Source: an uncultured delta proteobacterium
Lineage (GTDB): Bacteria; Desulfobacterota; Desulfuromonadia; Desulfuromonadales; BM103
DNA length: 43,836 nt
Assembly: GCA_963715335.1 (NCBI GenBank)
Contig: CAVQRZ010000041.1
Location: 1-43,836, forward strand
Direction: 5' to 3'
Shown here one piece after another: positions 10,380 to 18,463 of the stretch (position 1 is its first letter; the number at the start of each line of letters is the position of its first letter). The notes beneath the pieces are model-generated. The model saw only the letters and a list, made by a program, of their open reading frames with translations. It had not been told where the DNA came from and did not search any database. The position numbers and the translations under genes are program-made.

Positions 10380-11732
10380 CTATTCGAAGAACCTTTCCAC
10401 CTTGGCGAGCGCTTCGGGCAGGGCGAATACCAGCACCCGGTCACCGACCTTCAGACAGTTTGCACCGTCCGGAATCTCATAACTTTTTTCATGGACTATG
10501 GCACCGATGATCGCACCACGCGGGAAGTGCAGATCCTTGAGCGGGGTGCCGATGATCGTACTACCTTGCTTGACCTCGATTTCGAGGACCTCGGAATTGC
10601 TCCCCTCGATCGTGGCGAGGGAGATGACGTTGCCCCTGCGGACGAACTTCAGGATCGCCCCGGCAGCGGCAAGTCTTGGCGAGACGCAGGCGTCGACACC
10701 CAGGGATGGGGCCAGGTCGAGGAATTCCGGCCGGTTGACCAGGCTCAGGGTGCGATGCGTGCCGTGGCGCTTGCAGAGAAGCGAACAGAGGATATTGGTC
10801 TCATCATTCTCCGTTGTGGCAATGAAGACATCGGCGTCGGCGACTCCTTCGTCGAGCAAAACGCGAATGTCCGTGCCTTCCGCATGAATGACCATGGTCT
10901 TTTTCAGTTTCGCCGAGAGTTTTTCGCAGCGCAACTGGTCACGCTCGATGAGACGGACGTTGAAATTGCGTTCTTCGAGGTTGCGGGCGACACGCAGGCC
11001 GATCCGCCCGCCGCCGAGGATAAAGGCCTTTTTCGCGCCGCGCCTGGTCTCCTCCTGGATCTTCAACATGTACTGGATTGCCGGCAACTCTTCCTTGTGG
11101 GCAAAGATAAAGATGCTGTCGCCAACCTGGATGGTGTCATCTCCACGTGGAATGATGGTATGACCGCGCCGCGTGATGGCAACAATGACGAAGCGGTAAA
11201 TACCGCGGATTTCGCCGAGTTCTTTCAGGGTCAGATCGCACAGGGGGCTCTCTTCGGTGATACGGTAGCCAAGGAACTGGATCTGGCCGCCGACGAATTC
11301 AGCCACGTCAAAGGTCCCGGCGCGCCCGGCAAGGTTGGCCAGTTCATCGGCAACCGCGTCTTCTGGGTTGATCATCAGGTCGATGCCGAGCTTGTCCTTG
11401 GAAAGGACCGCCCCTCGGCTCAGGTAATCGATGCTTTTGACGCGGGCGATCCGTTTGCCGACGCCGTACTCCCTGGCCAGCAGGCAGGCCAGGATGTTGA
11501 CCTCGTCAAGGTCGGTGACAGCCATGACGAGGTCCGCAGACTTGATCCCGGCCAGTTCCATAATTTCGGCGCTGGCACCATTACCGTGGATGCCGAGCAC
11601 GTTGAGACGATCCTGGGCGTCATTGAGATGATCCTGATCACGGTCGATCAGGGTGACCTCGTGCCCTTCCAAAGAGAGCCGTTCGCAGAGAAAGTAGCCG
11701 ACCTGGCCGGCCCCAACGATGATAATGTTCAT
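10380..11732 (-). CDS. trkA: Trk potassium uptake NAD-binding protein
   Basis: Two RCK_N/RCK_C pairs with GAGQVG and GGGRIG; directly upstream of trkH. Confidence 0.95.
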   Translation of the reverse strand: MNIIIVGAGQVGYFLCERLSLEGHEVTLIDRDQDHLNDAQDRLNVLGIHGNGASAEIMELAGIKSADLVMAVTDLDEVNILACLLAREYGVGKRIARVKSIDYLSRGAVLSKDKLGIDLMINPEDAVADELANLAGRAGTFDVAEFVGGQIQFLGYRITEESPLCDLTLKELGEIRGIYRFVIVAITRRGHTIIPRGDDTIQVGDSIFIFAHKEELPAIQYMLKIQEETRRGAKKAFILGGGRIGLRVARNLEERNFNVRLIERDQLRCEKLSAKLKKTMVIHAEGTDIRVLLDEGVADADVFIATTENDETNILCSLLCKRHGTHRTLSLVNRPEFLDLAPSLGVDACVSPRLAAAGAILKFVRRGNVISLATIEGSNSEVLEIEVKQGSTIIGTPLKDLHFPRGAIIGAIVHEKSYEIPDGANCLKVGDRVLVFALPEALAKVERFFE

Positions 11733-11760
11733 CAAATGGTCCTTGGCTAAATGCAGTAAA

Positions 11761-11903
11761 AATCGAGTATCAAGGATACAGAATCAAGAATCCAGGATAA
11801 AGTCATCAACGATGAAAACCGGAATTACAGCTTCGGTTTGGTCATACCCGTGACTGAAGGACTATTGATTTTCTCCTGTATTCTGAATACTGAATTCTGT
11901 ATG
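11761..11903. repeat. Inverted heptamer-array element (6 left units, 73 nt spacer, 4 right units)
   Basis: Left 11761-11802: AATCGAG TATCAAG GATACAG AATCAAG AATCCAG GATAAAG. Right 11876-11903: CTGTATT CTGAATA CTGAATT CTGTATG, whose reverse complement resembles the left units. Confidence 0.75.
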
Positions 11904-11911
11904 CTTTTTTC

Positions 11912-12205
11912 ATGAACTTCTTCAGCGATATCTCCGAGGAGCAACTGCGCCGTGAGCGGCAGAAAGCCCGCGAACTTCGACGCACCCAATGGTGGAGCAA
12001 CCGGATCGCCACCGGCATCTGCCACTATTGCGGCACCAGGAATGCTCCCGGCGAACTGACCCTGGACCATGTCGTGCCTTTGGTCAGGGGCGGACGCAGC
12101 AGCCGTGGCAACTGTGTGCCTGCCTGCAAGGAATGCAACACGCGCAAACGCGACCTGCTGCCGACCGAGTGGCAGGAGTATCTCGACACCCTGTCCCGTT
12201 CTTAA
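11912..12205 (+). CDS. Small HNH endonuclease-domain protein
   Basis: CHYC...LTLDHVVP..RGG.S.RGNCVPACKECN..K: zinc-binding HNH motif. Confidence 0.9.
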   Translation: MNFFSDISEEQLRRERQKARELRRTQWWSNRIATGICHYCGTRNAPGELTLDHVVPLVRGGRSSRGNCVPACKECNTRKRDLLPTEWQEYLDTLSRS

Positions 12206-12217
12206 GTCCGTTCCAGG

Positions 12218-12460
12218 TTAGAGTTCCTCGTCCAGGTCCTGCTCGTCATCTTCGACGACATTATCCGGTTCGTCATCGTCCAGATCATCGAAGTCTTCAT
12301 CCATGAAACGCTCGAGAAAGCGCTGGTTGCTACGCAGACGCCGCTGGATTTTCTCCTCCAGTTCAACGAGCTCTGGAAAACGCTCCCGTCCGGTTTCCGC
12401 CTCCGGCGCCTCCGTTACCTTTGGTTCCGGGTTATCGGTGTTGTCCTGCTGATCGGTCAT
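12218..12460 (-). CDS. Small, highly acidic hypothetical protein (80 aa)
   Basis: ATG 12460 overlaps the glgA stop (ATGA). Sequence MTDQQDNTDNPE...ELEEKIQRRLRSNQRFLERFMDEDFDDLDDDE...DEEL. Confidence 0.75.
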   Translation of the reverse strand: MTDQQDNTDNPEPKVTEAPEAETGRERFPELVELEEKIQRRLRSNQRFLERFMDEDFDDLDDDEPDNVVEDDEQDLDEEL

Positions 12461-13932
12461 TGGGATTCCCTCGTGCACATTCGGTAGAGATCGACGTATT
12501 CGCCGGCGGCCTGCTGCCAGGACATGTCCTGGTTCATCCCCTGCAGCATAATGGTCCGCCATGCATCAGCTTTTGCATAAGTTTCGAGCGCACGGCCCAG
12601 GCAGCCCAGGAGGCTGTTGTGCCGGTACTCGTGAAAGACGAAGCCGTTGGCCCGGCGCGCCGGGCCGAGCGGGTCACTGATCGTGTCAGCCAGGCCGCCG
12701 GTCGCGTGGACCACGGGAACGGAGCCATAGCGCAGGGCAATCAGCTGCCCCAGGCCACATGGCTCGTAACGGCTCGGCATCAGGAATATGTCGCTGCCGG
12801 CGTAGATACGCCGCGACAGGGTATCGTCAAATTTCAGCATAACCGCAGCCTTGCCGGGATAGTAACTTGCGGCCTCGACAAGGCGACGTTCGAAATCGGG
12901 GTTGCCGGTGCCGAGGATCACCAGTTGCAGATCGAGCCTCATCAGCTTGTCCCAGCTCTCCAGCACCAGCTCGATCCCCTTCTGAGAATCGATTCGCGTG
13001 ACCATGGCGACGATCGGAGCCTTTGGTACGACCTTCAGCCCCAGTTCCTTCTGCAGCTGTTTTTTGCACTCTCGCTTGCCCGATAACTTTTTCGCGGAGT
13101 AGCAGCTCGCCAGCGCCTCGTCCTGGACCGGTGACCACAAGTCGCCATCCAGGCCGTTAAGCAGCCCGTGCAAGTGATCCCCTCGCGAACGTAAAAGCCC
13201 GTCCAGCCCCATCCCCTGTTGCGGAGTCTGGATCTCCTTGCAATAGGTAGGGGAGACGGTATTGACGTGGGTTGCAAAGCTGATGCCGGCCTTCAACAGG
13301 GATATCTGCCCGTAATATTCGAGGCCGTCGGGGCCCAGCAAGAGATCGTCGAGATCGAGGAGGCGTGCCGATGCCAGGGGAAAGACGCCCTGGTAGCCAA
13401 GATTGTGAATGCTGAAAAGGCTGCCGGTGCCGGAGAAAAATGGATCGCGCCAAAGATGCCGGTGCAGGTAAACCGGGACCAGACCGGCCTGCCAGTCATG
13501 AGCATGGATGACGTCCGGAGCAAAGCCGATTTGCCGGGCGAGCTCCAGGGCCGCCCGGCTGAGCAGACCGAAACGTTCGGCATTGTCGGGGTAATCCCGC
13601 CCCTGTTCACCATAGAGTTCCGGGCGGTCATAAAATTCCGGGAAGTCGAGGAAATAAACCGGCACGCCCCGGTTTTCGCCGGTGCGCCAGGAGACCTGGT
13701 AAACCCGGCCGCCCATGGGGATCGCGAGTTTTTTCCGGCCGGACCGGAGATTGCCGATGGCTTTGCGCACGGAACGATACCAGGGGATGATCAGGCGTAC
13801 GTCGTGACCGAGAGCGTGCAGGGCCGGTGGCAGAGAGCCGACGACATCCGCGAGCCCTCCGGTTTTGGCGAAGGGCGCTGCCTCCGATGCAACCATGAGA
13901 AGTTTCAGGGGTGACTCAACCATTATGATCAC
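12457..13932 (-). CDS. glgA: Glycogen synthase
   Basis: SEAAPFAKTGGLADV, HAHDWQ, IHNLGYQG, MPSRYEPCGLGQ, TGGLADT. The start may be a few codons later. Confidence 0.95.
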   Translation of the reverse strand: MIIMVESPLKLLMVASEAAPFAKTGGLADVVGSLPPALHALGHDVRLIIPWYRSVRKAIGNLRSGRKKLAIPMGGRVYQVSWRTGENRGVPVYFLDFPEFYDRPELYGEQGRDYPDNAERFGLLSRAALELARQIGFAPDVIHAHDWQAGLVPVYLHRHLWRDPFFSGTGSLFSIHNLGYQGVFPLASARLLDLDDLLLGPDGLEYYGQISLLKAGISFATHVNTVSPTYCKEIQTPQQGMGLDGLLRSRGDHLHGLLNGLDGDLWSPVQDEALASCYSAKKLSGKRECKKQLQKELGLKVVPKAPIVAMVTRIDSQKGIELVLESWDKLMRLDLQLVILGTGNPDFERRLVEAASYYPGKAAVMLKFDDTLSRRIYAGSDIFLMPSRYEPCGLGQLIALRYGSVPVVHATGGLADTISDPLGPARRANGFVFHEYRHNSLLGCLGRALETYAKADAWRTIMLQGMNQDMSWQQAAGEYVDLYRMCTRESQ

Positions 13933-13965
13933 TGTTGTTCAAGAGGGTTATGACAGGCGGGCATT

Positions 13966-16900
13966 CTACCCCAGGTGCAAGAATTTATCCAGTCGGTAGC
14001 CTACGGCCGCAGCACGTGCCAGGCGTTCACGCAACCGTTCAGGGACAAGAGCGGTCGTGACGTCCGGCTTTTCGATGGTGTCCGGGGACAACAGGGACAT
14101 CAGGGCGGACTGGAGCGCGACGGCCCCCGCCAGGGCTGCCAACCCTTCCTTGGCGAACCAGCTCTGGCCGGCGTGGTGGTTGATGCCAAGCAGGCCGGCA
14201 TTCTGAGGATCTGTGAAAATTTCTGTAAAGACCGGGTCACTGATGGCCGGGGAGACTGGCAGCGCTGACACCTGCATCAGCAGCATGCCGAGAAAGACAT
14301 CCCTGGTCTGCGCCTGGGAAACAGCGCTCTCCTGCCAGGCAAAGTCGAGACCGAAGCTGCGAAGCAGGGCCAGGCATTGCCGGTCGTTGTCCAGCCCCAG
14401 TTGCCGGCCCAGGTCGTGCAACAACAGCCAGCTGAGCAGGACGACGCCCAGCCCGGTGCGGTCGCCTTTACCCAGCCACATCTCGCCCAGAAGCTGCTCT
14501 GGCATTTCGGCATTGGCCATCCCTTTGAACCATCCGGGCAGCTTCTGAACAAGGCTTTCCAGCCGGCAGGACGATGGCGCCGGGCCCTGAATCTCTGCAG
14601 CGCCCGCAGTTCAGAGGCCAGCGAATCGAGTTCCAAGAGCAGGGTTTTGATAACTGCCTTGATCGGTTTTGGTCGCGTTACCACATCCAGGCTTGCGGTC
14701 AAGGCATGCAGTCGCTCCGGGTCGAGAAGTCGGGTCAGCGCATGCCAGAGCGGCTGGTATCGCAGGCGCAGCCGCTCCCGGTCGAGGTTGTCCACGGGCT
14801 GGCCCTGTAGTTTCTGATGCAGGGCCAGCCAAGCGCCGTCCTGGTCGTCGAACATCCGGAAATCCAGGCAAACCCGATATTCATAACCGTTCAGATGCAG
14901 TTCCAGACCGTCGGTCAGCTGATCGATATGCAGCAGGATACTCATTGTCCTGCAGGGTACGATAACGACAGAACTGTCCTTGCCCGGCGTCCAGGCCCAG
15001 CTCCTGGCGGAGGGCGGGCATGGCGTGCGCGACCCCTTCATGCGCTGCGGACGCCTTCGGCGTGGCGTGGTGCAACCGGCCATGGGTGGCATTCAGGGTA
15101 TTGTTGTACACGACGAGAATTTTCTGCCCGGGCGGACCGTTGCTGAAAGCAAAGACGTTTTCATCGACACCATAATCTGTCGCGAAGTCATACATGGAAA
15201 AATGCTCGACACCGGAGAAGCTCCGGCGCCGACGCAACAGGGGAAAAATCTGCTTTTCATGATGGGCAACGAAACCGCTGTCCGGTGTCTCCGACCAGTA
15301 GGCACGTCGGTACTCCATGCCATATTTTTCCCGAAAGCCTTCGATCTGGCCATGCCCGAACATCGGCAACCCCGGCAGGGTGGCGAGCAGGGTGGCGACA
15401 CCGAAATACTTGTCGCCTGTACCGAACTGTTCGACGGCGGTCGCTTCGTCCGGGTTGTTCATGAAGTTCACGTAACGCTTCATGATCTCCGGGTTGTAGG
15501 CGAGGATGTCCTTGAGAATCTTACGGTACTTGGCATTCTCCTCGCGCTTGAGCATGTTCATGAAAGCGCTGTTGTAGACCCTGTGCATGCCCAGGTTGCG
15601 TACGAAGTAACTCTCCATCAACCAAAAGGCCTCGGCGATCAGCAGGGTGTCGGGAACTTCACGGTTGATGCGATCAACGACTTCCCTCCAGAATTCAACC
15701 GGAAAAGCCTCGGTAAAGTCTGCATCAGACATCCAGAAGGCAGAGCGAGACGGTACGCCGGCACTGCCGCCCGGGGGTGGGAACCAGAGCCGGCGGAAAT
15801 GTTTGCGCGCCAGGGTCATGGCGGCGTCGAAACGGATCATGCTGAAGCGTCGGGCGATATTGATGATCAGGTCGCTCATGGCCTGGCGCACTTCCGGCAG
15901 CAGGAAGTTCAGCTGGGCCGTGTCGTTCCACGGCATGTGCGTACCGTCATTGCCATGGTAGATGTACCGACGGCGGTCCGTGTGCCGGTCGTGGTGTTCG
16001 CAGACCACGGCCGCATCACTGTGGTCCCAGTAGCCATCCTCGATGCGGATGCTGATGCCTTCGGTATCGCAGAGGTCCGGGCCATTGAAACGATAGCCCG
16101 GATAGGGTGGCGATTCAGCCTGTAAAAACCAGTCCGGGTGCTGCAGGACCCACTCGGAGTCGATGCCGGTGTGGTTGGGGACGACATCGCAGGCGAGGCG
16201 GAGACCGTGCCGGCGACAGCGGGATTCCAGTTCCGCCAACGCCTCATCGCCGCCCAGGTCCATGGCGACGCGATATGCATGCAACGCGTAAGCCGAAGCT
16301 TCCGCTTCCGGGTTGCCACACAGTTGTTTGATCTTCCTGGAGGCCGAGGAGCGCTCCCATATCCCGATCAGCCAGATGGCATTAAAACCCCAGTGAGCCA
16401 GTCGCTTCAATTCCTCTTCAGGGATGGCGGCAAGGGTGGTGATAGGGCGCTGATAGCGATTGCTGAGCTGATCGAGCCAGACATAGATCGATTTTGCCAG
16501 CAAAACGGCACTGGACATCCAGTCGATATCGGCGCTGAATGCTGCAGGAGAATCGCTGCCGTCTTCCCTGCCGAACAGAGGCATAGGTGCCGGGCCAGGG
16601 CCAGACAGGCGAGGCTGACTCTCTTCGATGCTGATCGCCCTGGCGACTTGCAGTTCGGCAACCAGACCTGCGGGCAACCACGATGACCAGTGTTTGATGA
16701 TGTAGTCAACCTGCCCTGCCAGGTTGAAAGGCGCCGCCCGCATCGGGCTTTTCAGGAGTTCGGAAAGTTTTTTCTCTGCACAGAGAGGCCCCAGCCCGGG
16801 TTGCATGAAGCCGTCAAGCTTTGCAATCAGGGCGTGATAATCGAACCGTTCACAGAGCGCCGCATCGTCAAACAGAGCCCGGAAGGATTGCGCAGCCGGG

Positions 16901-17322
16901 TTGTCTGCCAGGGTCTCGAGGAGAAACAGTTCAGCGAGCAGCCGCAGCCTGGAGGCCTTGCGGGAAGGCGTTTCGTCGGGCTGTTTGGCCTGGTTCAGTT
17001 TCCGGTTCGGATAGCTTTCGGGGAACAGTCGGTAAATCTCTGCAAGCTCCGGTGTCGCATGACTCCGACCGGCAATCTTGACCAGGGCAACTCCGGGATG
17101 CAGACCCAGGCGAGCAAAGTAATGCAGGGCCGTTCGCCTGGTTGCCGAGTTCAACAAGGCGAAGAGATATACATCGACGCCCGACTTGTTGTTCCACAGG
17201 GCAAACCGGCGCGCCGCGTTGATGTCACGCAAGCCCTGAGCCAGTTCGGTCAGGCCTGCTCTCTGCAACTGCTGCTGGGAGTGTCGATTCAGAAGCAGTT
17301 TATTGTCAAGACGTTGAGACAT
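13966..17322 (-). pseudogene. Large GH13 alpha-amylase-family glycoside hydrolase with two compensating frameshifts (true pseudogene or sequencing error)
   Basis: GH13 motifs DVVPNH, RFDAAM, AEAFW and NNPDE lie in the 813-aa ORF. The protein-like sequence continues in a second frame after an extra base near 14936-14937 (..EY-LLHIDQLTDGLELHLNGYEY..). It returns to the first frame near 14600 (..AAEIQGP..MANAEM..) and stops at 13966. Confidence 0.8.
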
Positions 17323-17368
17323 GTCAGTGGGTGTTGCCCTCTTGAGGATGCGGGTGGTCGTAAGGCGG

Positions 17369-18415
17369 TCAGAATCTCAGGTCCGGATCAATGGCACGCA
17401 GGAATGCAGCCGCATCTTCAGGTGGCAGAGGGTTGATGAAGAAACCGCTCCCCCATTCAAAGCCGGCGATCTGGTTGAGGCGCGGGACCAGCTCGATGTG
17501 CCAGTGATAGTCTCGGGGGAGAGTCTCCCAGTTACCGGGCTTACTGCTTTGGGCTTTGATCGGCGGTGCCGTATGCAGAATGAAGTTGTAGGGTGGGTCC
17601 TCGAGCAGACTGAAGAGTCGCCGCAGCATATTCTGCAACGCTTTGGCGCAGGACAGGAGCTCGGCATCGCTCTGCAACGCGAAATCGTGGTTATGCTGGA
17701 TCGGGTAGAGGCTGAGTTCGAAAGGGAAACATGAGGCGTAAGGCGCCAGGACCAGGAACTGACCATCGTTATAGACCACGCGCCTGCCATCTGCAATTTC
17801 CTGGGCCAGCAAATCGCAGATCAGGCAATGCCCGGTTGCGAGGAAATGCCCCCGACAGGTGTTTAGTTCCCGACGCATCACCGGCGGTGTAATTGGTACG
17901 GCCATGAGCTGCGAGTGCGCATGAGGGAGCGGTGCGCCGGCTTCAACGCCGTGGTTTTTGTAGATTTGCAGGTAACGGAAGCGTAGGTCCTGCCTCAGGT
18001 CAAGCAGCCTGGCGCGATACGCCCGCAGGACACCGGCCGTTTCCTGAATTTCCAGGTGCGCGAGGCTGCGATGATGGTCCGGCGTTTCGATGATAACCTC
18101 GTGGGCGCCGACGCCGGGGATATTGCGGTATAAACCGAAATCGTGCTGCTGCAATTCACCCTCGATTCGCAACACCGGGAATTTATTCGGCACCACCCTG
18201 ACCTGCCAGCCCGGACTGTCAGCCTGCATGCCTTCCGGCCTCAGGGCGAAAACTTCCGCGGGGGTTTTGCTCTCCTGTCCCGGACAGAAAGGGCAGACCG
18301 TAACCGGCGTCTGCTGACGTTCGATTATGAACTCGCGTGGATGACGAGTGCGACGATTCTCAGTAATGACCCAAGCCCCCTTGAGGGGGTCCCATCGAAA
18401 TTCAGACAATTTCAA
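17369..18415 (-). CDS. galT: GalT-family nucleotidyltransferase (galactose-1-phosphate uridylyltransferase-like / ADP-glucose phosphorylase-like)
   Basis: RWDPL, CPFCPG, VVPNKFP, HEVIIETP, KNHG..AGA...HAHSQ (HxHxQ), YHWHIE, AGFEWG; TTG start. Confidence 0.88.
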   Translation of the reverse strand: MKLSEFRWDPLKGAWVITENRRTRHPREFIIERQQTPVTVCPFCPGQESKTPAEVFALRPEGMQADSPGWQVRVVPNKFPVLRIEGELQQHDFGLYRNIPGVGAHEVIIETPDHHRSLAHLEIQETAGVLRAYRARLLDLRQDLRFRYLQIYKNHGVEAGAPLPHAHSQLMAVPITPPVMRRELNTCRGHFLATGHCLICDLLAQEIADGRRVVYNDGQFLVLAPYASCFPFELSLYPIQHNHDFALQSDAELLSCAKALQNMLRRLFSLLEDPPYNFILHTAPPIKAQSSKPGNWETLPRDYHWHIELVPRLNQIAGFEWGSGFFINPLPPEDAAAFLRAIDPDLRF

Positions 18416-18463
18416 GCCCTTCCGGATATGAGATTAGTAATGCCATGCGCCCGTTTGAGCGGG

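Noticed and set aside
11761..11903. Short repeat arrays as a CRISPR array
   Set aside because: Units are 7-8 nt, contiguous and degenerate, with no 23-47 nt repeats separated by unique spacers.
11912..12205. HNH protein as part of a CRISPR, restriction or homing system
   Set aside because: Stand-alone 97-aa protein with no cas, methyltransferase, intron or defence genes nearby; a link to the adjacent heptamer element is unproven.
14277..15092. 271-aa and 184-aa ORFs as independent genes
   Set aside because: Better explained as frameshifted C-terminal pieces of the GH13 gene.
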